Of a stretch of 46,943 bases of DNA, positions 36,795 through 46,943 are shown piece by piece. Source of the DNA: Dimargaris cristalligena (Eukaryota); contig ML002290.1 of NCBI GenBank assembly GCA_003614675.1, positions 1 to 46,943 on the forward strand, read 5' to 3'. The notes beneath the pieces were generated by a model. It worked only from the letters and a program-made list of their open reading frames with translations. It did not search any database and had not been told where the DNA came from. The first letter of the stretch is position 1. Every line of letters begins with the position of its first letter. The translations under genes and the position numbers were made by a program.

Positions 36795-37648
36795 CTTGGG
36801 GATGGCGAAGAAGGCAAAACGAGAAGAGAAAGATCAAGATTAGACCCGAGGCATATTTCACTTTTCATACAAGATCGTGTGGGAGAGGGGCGCCCCGCCC
36901 AGCTATTTTCCTGCTTTTCTCACTTCTTTCTCTTCCAGGGCAGACGGAGCCCATTGGGGGGATTTTGTCCCATTTCTCCCCATGGATTTAGCCCAGCCCT
37001 ACTACCACGTCCCTCCTCTCTTTCACTTGCTTTCACTCACAGTCTCCCATGGTAATACCTATAGTAGAGAAAATACTATCCTAATCCCCAAGCCCCATTC
37101 CCTCCACATCACCCACCTAGCAACCCTATTAGACTTCGCCCATCCCACACCCCTCTCTTCCCTTCATTTTCTCTCTGCATTTTTTTTTTTCGCTGGCTTA
37201 TCCAAAATGGGAGGGAGAGGCATCCACCAACCAAAGGCACGTGGTATCACATGACCTTAATAAACTACCCCTCTCATTATTCATCCCAGGCATACTATAG
37301 TTTGATGTTTTATTCCATCCCATCTAAATCCTATGTGTACACTCCTCCCTCCTCTCATCATTAATCACCCGATGACTGCCCATCACTTTAATAACCAAAC
37401 CCTTTAGATAAAGCACCCCATTGATCTATGAATCATTTCAATACGGCAAAATCACCATTTATATGCTTATACATCTTAGAGATCGCTGAAAGATCCGGCC
37501 CGTGGATCAAACTAAAAAAAAAAAGTGAAGTTACCTCTTACTAAAAAGGGCATAGAGAGCGATTGAACGGGTCAAGATAGACAAAGATACTTAGGACATT
37601 GCCTCCTGCTCCTCCATCAAGCCAAGACAAGGCCTCCAAAAAATCGAG

Positions 37649-37668
37649 ATATATATATATATATATAT
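37649..37668. repeat. (AT)10 microsatellite immediately 3' of the RIB4 stop
   Basis: Perfect run starting 3 nt past the stop codon. Confidence 0.9.
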
Positions 37669-37671
37669 CAT

Positions 37672-38325
37672 CTACAGCTTCAGGGTAGCCATTTCAACCG
37701 CCGCCGCGCCCCAGTCTTCGCCGTGATTGTGGCCCTTGTCCGCCCCTTTGCCCAGGGCCGCCCGCTCCAGCGCCTGGTCGTCATCGAGACAAGTGAGGAC
37801 CCCGAAGATCACCGGCACGCCGGTATCCAAACCCACCCGGGTGATCCCGTGACTAACGGCCTCGCAGATGTACTCAAAATGCATGGTGGAGCCCTTGATC
37901 AACACTCCGATACAGATTACCGCATCGAAAGGGCCCTGCAGTTTACGCGGGGCGGCTCCTCCACTGGACGACGAAGGCGTCGCAGCACTACCCGTGGTAG
38001 TGGCGGTAGGTTTCGGGGAGGACATCAAGTCGTCCATGAGGTTGGCCATGCTGTCGGTGACATTGGCGATGAGGTCCTGCGACCGCTGTTGGGACTGCTG
38101 AATGAGGCGCTGGGCGGCAAAGGGCAGTTCGTACGCCCCGGGTACCGACTGGACGATAATGTTCTGGGACTGCACGCCGTAGCGCTGCGTCATGGTATCC
38201 TTGGCTCCGGTCACCAACGCGTCGACGATGGCGGCATTCCAGCGGCCGTGGACGATAAGAATGCGGAGGTTAGAGCCGTCAATGGTGGCGTCCGAGGCCT
38301 TAAGTCCCTTAGCGAAGTCAGTCAT
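37672..38325 (-). CDS. RIB4: 6,7-dimethyl-8-ribityllumazine synthase, 217 aa
   Basis: Motifs LRILIVHGRWN, VPGAYELP, FDAVICIGVLIKGSTMHFEYI, VPVIFGVLT, HNHGEDWGAAAVEM. Confidence 0.96.
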   Translation of the reverse strand: MTDFAKGLKASDATIDGSNLRILIVHGRWNAAIVDALVTGAKDTMTQRYGVQSQNIIVQSVPGAYELPFAAQRLIQQSQQRSQDLIANVTDSMANLMDDLMSSPKPTATTTGSAATPSSSSGGAAPRKLQGPFDAVICIGVLIKGSTMHFEYICEAVSHGITRVGLDTGVPVIFGVLTCLDDDQALERAALGKGADKGHNHGEDWGAAAVEMATLKL

Positions 38326-39267
38326 GGTGGAGAATGGGGGAGGTACAGATAAAAGGGGGTGCGAATGGGTGGAATAGGTGCGGTAAAGAAGGGAGAGTAC
38401 GTGGGACGCTACTGGTTAGGAGAATGTGACGTGTACAAAGGTATCTCTGAAGAGAGAGCGGAGGCAACTATAAAGATGAGTGGTAGGAACAAGCAGTTTG
38501 GGTAGAAGAGATGGGGGAAGAAGGAGAGGAGAGGGCCAGTAGGGGGGTTATTACATTCAGCTGGCTACGGTGGGGGAGAGGGTGGGATTGTAATTATAAC
38601 GAGTTAGCATGAGACCTTGGGAACGTCTGAATAGGAATAGGGGCTAGATGCTATGATTAGCAAGTGTGAATCGGAGAGGCTATTTACAGAGACCAACTAT
38701 TGATCGCTGCATTACGAAAGATGAACATGGTGTAGTATCCCGCCCTGCAACAGGCCTTAATAACCGTACCTCACAATTTACCCTTTTTAAAACTACACTA
38801 GTTGCTTATAAATATTCTTTAACGCAATCTAAAACTAACTAAAATCAACACTAATCACTCCAAACTAATCTACACAGCTAATCCACTTTCTCATTCATGA
38901 ATACTTCGAGCCTTTCCGTGTATTAACAAACAGATCCATATACTGTAATTGTGGTTTATATGTTGATGTTGTGGGGGAAGGGGGAGGTTAAAGTAGAGGG
39001 GGGACAACACCTAAAGGGTGTAGGAGATGTGAAACACCGTAAAAACTGTTTGCCTTGACCCCAAAGACGATGGCAGACTTGACGAGTAACGGAACAACAA
39101 CCATCAACGAAGTTATACAGACAACATAGTTATTAGCCGCGAAATGTCAAGGCTGGACCTCGCCCGAAATTTAGAGTAAGCCCAGGCAAGAAGGCATTTA
39201 CGAAACAACACAGCTGGTGGGGGGGATTGGTGAGTGAGAGAGGGGGTTAGGGTCGGCGGTAAACGCT

Positions 39268-39775
39268 TTAGTCGAACAGACCGAAGCCCATGTCGTCATC
39301 GGACTCATCGGCCTCCTCTTCCTTCTTCTCCTCGGCGGGAGCATCGGCCTCAGCGGAAGCACCACCGGCGGCGGCACCAGCAGAGGGAGCGGAGGCACCG
39401 GCTAGATCGTATAGTAAGGAGAGTGGTAATAATAATCGAATACACAATTAGAGGGTTAGTTACAAGTACATTATAGTCAATTGAACGGGGCTATTGATAA
39501 ACGGAAATCTATATTAGAAAGCCAGTTTCTACCGGCCCATTCGCAACTCAGCAATTCAGTACAATCACCGAAAGACACTTACCGGCACCAACGTTCATGA
39601 GCAGGTCGGACACGTTCTTGCCCTCGAGAGCCTTGGCGAACAGGGAGAAGTAGATGGGCTCGACTTCAGCACCGGAGGCCTTGACGATGGCGGACAGGTT
39701 GTCAACGGTGATGGCAACCTCGGCATCAGCCAGGATGAGGGAAGCGTAGACGATGGCCTTTTCGGAGATGGACAT
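39268..39775 (-). CDS. RPP1: 60S acidic ribosomal protein P1; exons 39583-39775, 39268-39401 (108 aa)
   Basis: YASLILAD...[15 protein letters not shown], Ala/Gly hinge, [17 protein letters not shown]. Phase-1 GTAAGT..TAG intron. Confidence 0.96.
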
Positions 39776-39800
39776 TTTGGATTATATGGGATTGGTTATG

Positions 39801-40242
39801 CTAGGAAGCAGGGAGGAATCTGAAAGTTAGGGAGACGGGGGTTTGTTTGGGAGGGGGTAAATGGGAATCGCAAACATAATAATGGGGGGGGAGGTTAGTG
39901 GTGTGTCATCAGCAATAATCAGGTCCTGCGACTATTTCGAACATGTCGTTCAAGAACCGACGTGAGCTTATGCCCGCGCAAAGCCGTATAGTCCATCCGA
40001 TGAGCGATGAAGCCGTTGGTACCGATAATTCCCGCCAACCGGGCGAGGTGCTCGGTTGTTCGGGCCATCCGACGCATCCTCTACACCCAGGCTAGCCAAT
40101 GGATGGATGGATGGATCGGTCAACCGATATCGATATGTACGTATTCAATGGCGAGCAGATGGATGGATATGGGTCGGATTCGCTTGATGGGGATCGTGGC
40201 AGGCGGACTGGCGGTGTGCGGGGTGATTCGACGGAGACATAC
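39801..40242 (-). other. Probable 5'-UTR intron of RPP1
   Basis: AAG|GTATGT donor at 40242, CTAAC branch candidates near 39826 and 39894, CCTAG acceptor 25 nt upstream of the ATG. Confidence 0.65.
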
Positions 40243-40671
40243 CTTTTCAATCTTAAAGATTTTAACTTGCGGATCGAAGACCTATAAGCTTATGAAAAGA
40301 CAAGGAATCGGCAACTCGAGAGGAAAGAGGGGGAGACTATAGGGCCCAGGGGCCGCGATGGCCTTTATGGGGGACTAACTTCCCCTCCCATCCACTGGTC
40401 CTATTGTTGAGTGACACTCAAATTTTGCCGTGTAGGGCGTTAGTAGTTGGTTGGCTGGCGCTCTTCTTTTTGGCATATCCCTACTACTCTACCCTACTAC
40501 GGTCAGGCTGGGCGAGAGGCCTACACCGTTTCCTATGGGTGTGTGTGTGGGGTGGTTGGCGGATATATGCATGCATACATGGAGGGGGGGTATACTCAGT
40601 AAATAACATAAGGCTTAATCTTACCCCCTCCATTATAAGAGTCTCTCGTTGGAATAAGCTAGTTGGTTATT

Positions 40672-40681
40672 ATCACGTGAT
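40672..40681. promoter_or_regulatory. Palindromic E-box ATCACGTGAT in the divergent RPP1/HEM12 promoter
   Basis: Perfect 10-bp palindrome with a CACGTG bHLH core, about 360 bp upstream of the HEM12 ATG. Confidence 0.45.
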
Positions 40682-41043
40682 TAATTCGTACCCATCACTC
40701 CCCCCAACTAACCAGTTGGTGAATGCGCGGGTCGAAGGGGGTAGAGGTGATGAGAGGAGAGGAGAGGTGTGAGCTGGGTTCAGAATGCCTGGGTAATATG
40801 TGTATGTGTTTCCAGAAATAGACCATTGCTCCCCTCTGCTTTTCACGGCTGTACCTAGCACGCTTGCGCAACCCAACTGTCTCTCAGCTTACCCTGTGTT
40901 GCCTATACTTATCATAACCAACTCTCTCCTTGACCCAGCCGCTTTTTCCAGTTCCCCCCTCCCACTTTAACCAACTCTCTAGTCCATCCCCTTTCTAGGT
41001 TCCTTCAACCTACCTCCTCCATTCACCCTTTAATAGTTTCGCC

Positions 41044-42404
41044 ATGACTGTCCAGTTTCCTGCGCTTAAGAACGACCTGATCCTCCGCGCTGCCCGCGGC
41101 GAGAAAACCGAACGCACCCCCGTTTGGGTCATGCGTCAGGCCGGTCGCTATCTGTCTGGTAAGTCGGCCCTTTCCCTGACCTAACCGCCTTACCAAGTTC
41201 TGTGGCTTGTCCGCCGACTTGACAGAGTTCCCCAGTTTATAACCCTGTCCATTAGCTGCTCTATCGGTCCGATTAATAACACTCCTGCTCCACTCCTCTA
41301 ATCATTCAAATAATTAACATTCACCTATCTAACCCCCTCCCCCTCCTTCCTAATGCTACCCTCCCATTAGAGTTCCGCGAAGTCCGCAAGAACCACGACT
41401 TCTTTTCCATGTGCCGGACCCCCGAAATTGCCTGCGAAATCACTATCCAGCCCGTCCGGCGCTTCCGCGGCCTACTGGACGCCGCCATCATTTTTTCCGA
41501 CATTTTAGTGATCCCGCAGGCCCTGGGTATGACCGTGGAAATGGTCCCTGGCAAAGGGCCCCATTTCCCGGACCCTCTCGTCACGCCCGCCGACATTGCG
41601 CGGGTGATCCGGCCGGGGACCGTCGATATCCGCCAGGAATTGGGCTATGTATTAGACGCCCTGACCCTCACCCGCCAGACCCTGGCTGGCGAAGTGCCCC
41701 TGCTGGGCTTCGTGGGGGCCCCCTGGACGATGTTGGCCTATATGATTGAAGGCGGTGGTAGTAAAACGTTCAGCAAGGCGAAGGCTTGGCTCTACCGGTA
41801 CCCGGAAGCCTGCCACCAGCTCCTGCAGCAACTTACCGACGTTTGTGTTGATTTCTTAGTGGCCCAGGTTCGGGCGGGTGCCCAAATGGTCCAAGTATTT
41901 GATTCGTGGGCCGGCGAACTGGGCCCGGACGACTACCGTACGTTTGCCTTCCCCTACCTCAAGGCCATTGCCGATCGTGTTAAGGAACAGCTGGCCCAGA
42001 TCAGTCCCGACGCCGTCGTGCCCATGACCGTTTTTGCTAAAGGGGCCCATTATATTCTGGAGGAATTGGTTACCGAGACCCGCTATGACGTGATTTCCCT
42101 GGACTGGACTATGGATCCGGCCGTATCCCGTACCCGGGTCTTGAGTGCCACTTCCGCCGTCTCGGGTCAACCGCGGACCGTCACTCTGCAGGGCAATCTG
42201 GACCCCAGCACCCTGTACGGATCCCCCGAAACTATTCGCGAACGTACCCGGGTGATGATCGAGCGGTTCGCCGCTTGGGATGGTCAGGGCCAGTGCCATA
42301 TTGCTAACATGGGCCACGGTATGTATCCCGACCATGATCCCGAACACTTGCGTGCTTACCTGGCTGCTGTACGCGAATTCTCCTCGGCCTTCAAGTCTGC
42401 CTAG
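41044..42404 (+). CDS. HEM12: Uroporphyrinogen decarboxylase; exons 41044-41158, 41371-42404 (382 aa)
   Basis: [12 protein letters not shown] signature in exon 1, then [38 protein letters not shown]. Phase-1 GTAAGT..TAG intron. Confidence 0.97.
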
Positions 42405-43125
42405 GTAAATTCCTTCGTATGTTATACTCCACTAGGAACGCTACTCCACACCCTGGGGATGCAGTGTTCTTGCTTTTAAATTAAGCTGGATCGACAATGG
42501 TCTAGCCAAAAGAAGAAGAAAAAATTATAGTATACATTGGACTTGCATTACTTCCCCACTTATTTCTTTTTATTTTTACTTTATACTGACAACCCTGCTA
42601 TCTACATCCTATTATTACTGGGTTAATTTTCTTTGTAATGGGTACCTTTGTACTAAAACCAAACCCGGGTAACACGATATAAAACATAATATATACATAA
42701 GCATCTATCCAATGTTATACCGTTGAAAAAATATGTCAAGTGCCTTTGGAATCTCGCCTAGGTACTTTTAGACAATTAAACCTAGTTTAGGAAATAGGTA
42801 AATGGCTTGCGATTTTACAAATATCAAACCACGGGGGAAATACCCCGCTCAAGTAACCAGGTATATTATACATTCTGTCACCCATTACCCAAAGGGGACA
42901 GGTACAGGCAAAGAGCCCATGCCAAAAAAACTGTGTAGACCAAGGGACGGCTTTTCTTTTGGCGGACCTTTAACTCAATCCAGTTGCATTTGACAAACAC
43001 CATGTATTTTGTTAACGTCATATTAGCTTTGCGTAGTTCATGCCCTTTTCCCTATTAACCCTATTATTAACTTATATATACGTATATATCCCACTTCCGC
43101 TTACTTTTTACTGCCCATTGCCACG

Positions 43126-46100
43126 ATGGTCGAATCCCAACGACCTGGGAAGCGACAGAATTCTAGCTCGGCCACCACCACCATCTCTACAACCACTCTT
43201 TCGACCAGCCAGTTAGTTCAGTCGCGCCTTTTTACCCCTGCCAGTCGAAATTCCCCGCCGGTGGCCCCCTCCGTGACCGCCTTGCCCTACTGGTCGAAAC
43301 TCCGCCAATGGGTCAGCACATTTGAAGCGCATAGGTGTGGGCCGAATACAGCGGCCGCGGCCGGTAGTTTGGCCTCCTTTCAGCCCCGTTCATCATCGCG
43401 GAGCTTGTTGACCCGCCTCTCGTCCAGACCGGCTGGCTCGCCCGAGCCATTCATAGACCTCAATACGTTGCTGCCTCTTTTAGAAGCGGTGGTCGAGGTA
43501 AGTGTTAGAACCCCTACAGTGGTCCAAATGAACCCCAACTACCCCCGCGGGTAGTATTTATAGGCCTGTACAGCAACCCTCCATCTTTACCATCTATAGA
43601 CCAAACAACCATCCCATTAATGATTTTACAGTTGTTGTTTTTTGTTTGGTACCCTCTACTACATACCTGTCATATATCGTATTGGTAGACTCTTAAAGCT
43701 ACGAGGGACGCCAACCAATGCTTAGAACTTTACCCCGATATCCGGATACTGCTGGTGCGCCTCCTGGAGTACCCTGAACTTATGGTCATAACCCCCATTC
43801 GAATGGCCATTCGGTGCGGCTTACTTTACTTTAGCCATTTAGGTTCCGATCGTCCACAGGCGCTGGGGGACAGTGATCCCCCGCCGATTCACAGCGCCCG
43901 GCGTTGGGCGGCCCACCTATTACGGACGACTGAGGTATCGCCATTGATTTCGGCTAATCGACGGGCACTTCGTATTCTGGATAGTTCGGGTCAAAGTCTG
44001 CCCCACTTTCAGGAATGTGCGGCCCGGGTCATGCTGCAAAATTTAAATACTCGGTTGGAGCGCATGGGAAACCAGGGCGCCGTTGTTAATGTAAGTAACT
44101 ATTCATTCTGAGGTTAGATTGGTTTATTGTGGCGTAGGGAAAAAAAAGGAGATACTGGCCTTTAGACTCGATAGATTTGGGGGATTCCGAACCCAACCCC
44201 ACGCTGATATTACCCACTTTTTCCTCTTTTATTAACCATACAACAGCTATTTTTGGCAATTGTCACCGTATTTAACCTGACTAGAAATCCACGCTTCTTC
44301 GGCTATGCCACCATGTTGCTGATCTATTACCATATCCGCCAAGCATGGAAATCGCGGTCAAATTACTTGAAATCGGTTTAAACCAGGCCTGGATTCATGA
44401 AACACTGGCTGCTGGGGAAAACGGGGCAACGACGGGGTTCGATCGCCTCGTGTATACTATATTTAAGTCACCTGAGTACCGGTTTTACCAACTTGCTGAC
44501 TCACAGAGGAACAGGTAAGTCGGTAGTATTTATGAACATACTCTGATAACTAACTGATATGGGTGAACTTCAACCCAACTGTATAAGATTTTACACAATA
44601 TATGTATGGGATAATATGCGGGAGAATAACTTTTGACCAGTAATATTTACCTCATCAAATGGATTATTCGTTATACAGCCTGGATGAACTTCTGCCATAT
44701 GCATTTATGATCTATTCGCCCACGGAGGTCTATACTCCACAGGTGTATGTATACGAACTAACCATAATTTAATTTTACTCTAGTTATGCTTGTCACATTA
44801 CCTTCCTTCATGGACTATAGGCTACGAAATTTATCCCATCTAATACTCGAGTACGAGGTATGTCTCTTCGCATCTGGAACCGCACTATTATATATATGCA
44901 CGCCTATTTAACTTACTCCTGATCTTAGGAACTAATATCCGCTGATAGCCCGTGGTGCTTTCCGTTACAATCTTGGTGCTTAGGTTTTATCAACCATATC
45001 CGATCTTTTACCCTCATTAGAAAGACCGTATCGGGACCCAGTCGAGGTTCGAGAGAGTTATACTAGTCGGGGACTGATTAGTTATCTAGCGCAGAAGCCA
45101 ACCCAACTTATTCAAATTGCCGAGATATTTAGGAGGGTCACCAGCGATAAACCAGATCTAAATACAATTCGCTTATGGGTAGAGCTCCTAGGGGCGCTTC
45201 GGGAGTTACCAGATGCAACCAGTCTTTTCGAGCAAGTAAGTATCGTGTGTGTTTTGATGAAAGTTGTAATAACAGTTTTCAGAAAGTAAATAAATGGGTA
45301 ACGGTGGTCAATTCAGCCAGTGATACGCCATGGCTCAATAACACTCATACAACATGGTCAAAACTCGCCGATTAATTGATAACTTACCTTCCTCTTCTCC
45401 CCAATCGCTCCCCCCATCACGTATACAACATACTAGTGTTTGCCTCCTCGGTCAGCCCAACTAGTTCGTGCATTAATAGGACCTTTGAATATAAGCCCGG
45501 CCGAGCAGATCCGCCGACTCAACTTTCTTTGGCATCGGTATTCCGTCCCAATGACTCAAGATCCGCGGGCTATGTCCGATATGATGTGCCTGTGGGGATT
45601 AGCCCAGACCAATCCGGCTCACCGACGGTTTTGCGTCGTAGAACTTCTTGAAAACCGTGGCCACCGATCGGCTAGTCACACCAATGCTTGCTTGGAATTC
45701 CTGGCTTACCAGCTTCACCCGACGGCCAATCCAGTGCTCCACCAAACACTAGTGCAGGATTTAGATGAAATGCTGCTTGTCTTTCACGGTAAGTGTTCAT
45801 TTGGTAAAGGATGGGTAATGATCGAGTGTGCTACTGTGGGTCGTTTTATTATTATTATTATTATTTTACCTAACGAAACAGTGATTTTTTTAACCAATTA
45901 TCCGGATGGGAATCATACCAAAATTACACCGAAGCAGGGGAAAGAGCCGCTAATTCCATCAGGACTTTATATCCCTTTATTTTTATATATATGATTACTA
46001 CGGTTTATCCATGCCAGAGCTATACTCCTCCACGGAAGAGTTCCGGGCCATCGTCTTTCAATTTATGGAGGAGTGTCTAGTCTCCAGACAACTGCACTTC

Positions 46101-46610
46101 CTAAATCTCCTTCTAGAAATGATAATGTACTCGTTAGTCCCCAGGGCGGTGGATGCATTGGACCGCGACACATGGGTAAGTCATACTATTGCTCAATACC
46201 TAGTAATTTATTCCGCTCTATATTAGAAGGGTGTATAATAAGGCGTCAATCATATATATCTATTTAGCTAACCTTCGCATTTATGTATATTGATGGTATA
46301 TGATTAGCTTGATCGGATTCTTGAGTTTTGCCAAACCCACACAGCCAAATCACAAAGGTGAGTTTTTATTTATAAATATACAGACACTCGATGATACCAT
46401 CTCGCTCTCTTAATAGAGAAATCCAGTTATCATATTTCCAGAATTACCTTGGCCTAACCATACGCATTTTAATTTCTTCGCTACCTTACTAGAATATCGA
46501 CTGAAGTAGACAAATCAGTTGATATAGTACGCGCTTTACTCGTAACTTTAGCCGATATTAGTCATTACGAATCCGCCCATGTACCATTTAGAAAGCGTGT
46601 TTCCGCCCTG
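43126..46610 (+). CDS. Alpha-helical protein, putative Fanconi anemia group C (FANCC) homolog; exons 43126-43497, 43689-44090, 44285-44514, 44679-44744, 44821-44857, 44984-45235, 45437-45788, 46018-46175, 46308-46357, 46493-46610 (~678 aa)
   Basis: Ten exons join in a stop-free frame with canonical donors (GTAAGT, GTATGT, GTGAGT) and YAG acceptors. The product shows colinear by-eye similarity to human FANCC as I recall it. The gene model is more secure than the identity. Confidence 0.7.
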
Positions 46611-46858
46611 ATGGCATCATTGACTCGAGTATACCCCGACTCACATTAAATACCGACCGTTTAAACAGACACATGATGGACTGTCAAAAACATTAGAATG
46701 AGTTTATGATTGAAATGGCGTAGTATAGACTAAGTGGCCAAAAATTTGATCTATTATGACTAGACGATAAATTGCTAGGTAATAATTAACCAAAGGCCCA
46801 ATCTAGTTAGTTACACGAACCACCACAAGCATATGCCCCTCAAAAAAAAATCCTAGGG

Positions 46859-46867
46859 AAAAAAAAA
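46859..46867 (-). terminator. Pol III oligo-T terminator of tRNA-Phe
   Basis: Run of 9 T on the minus strand 7 nt after the discriminator base. Confidence 0.8.
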
Positions 46868-46874
46868 TATTGAA

Positions 46875-46899
46875 TGCGCCCTTCGTGGATTGAACACGA

Positions 46900-46940
<41 letters not shown>

Positions 46941-46943
46941 AGG
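46875..46943 (-). tRNA. tRNA-Phe(GAA), intronless, first 4 nt beyond the window end
   Basis: Minus strand reads CCT TA GCTC AGTTGGGA GAGC G TCAGA CTGAAGA TCTGA AGGTC TCGTG TTCAATC CACGA AGGGCGC A, giving complete D, anticodon and T arms. Confidence 0.97.

Noticed and set aside
37723-38352. 209-aa ORF antisense to RIB4; likewise 41856-42347 over HEM12 and 34459-34899 over CRC1
   Set aside because: Antisense open frames are expected from codon bias in highly expressed genes.
38730-38741. GTGTAGTATC resembling the U2 snRNA branch-pairing region
   Set aside because: The flanks do not match U2 stem I/IIa and there is no Sm site.
44247-44381. Alternative acceptors at 44246 and 44928 giving premature stops (pseudogene reading of the last gene)
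   Set aside because: Downstream acceptors at 44284 and 44983 give a stop-free, phase-consistent frame.
1-46943. CRISPR array, rRNA, TPP riboswitch, selenoprotein/SECIS, intact mobile element
   Set aside because: No spaced direct repeats, rRNA signatures, riboswitch core, required in-frame TGA, LTR/TIR or transposon ORFs were seen.

Overview
Eukaryotic genomic DNA with GT-AG introns and CTAAC/TACTAAC branch points. The gene content points to a fungus, probably an early-diverging lineage (inference). I reconstructed spliced models by hand. In order: a possible partial gene at the left edge; HEM13 (coproporphyrinogen oxidase, 4 exons, with a mitochondrial-type leader); a tandem array of four paralogous ~8-TM membrane proteins (UPF0658-like fungal family), two with Met/His-rich loops; three orphan secreted proteins; a mitochondrial PP2C (Ptc6-like, 5 exons) with an EF-hand-like tail; a DUF1640/CCDC90 protein; a carnitine carrier; RPS29 (too short for the ORF track); RIB4; RPP1; HEM12; a 10-exon, ~678-aa helical protein; and a tRNA-Phe(GAA) cut by the window end. 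The main finding is that the 10-exon gene (43126-46610) aligns by eye, colinearly from end to end, with Fanconi anemia group C protein (FANCC), an FA core-complex subunit not known from model fungi. No CRISPR array, rRNA or intact transposon was seen.
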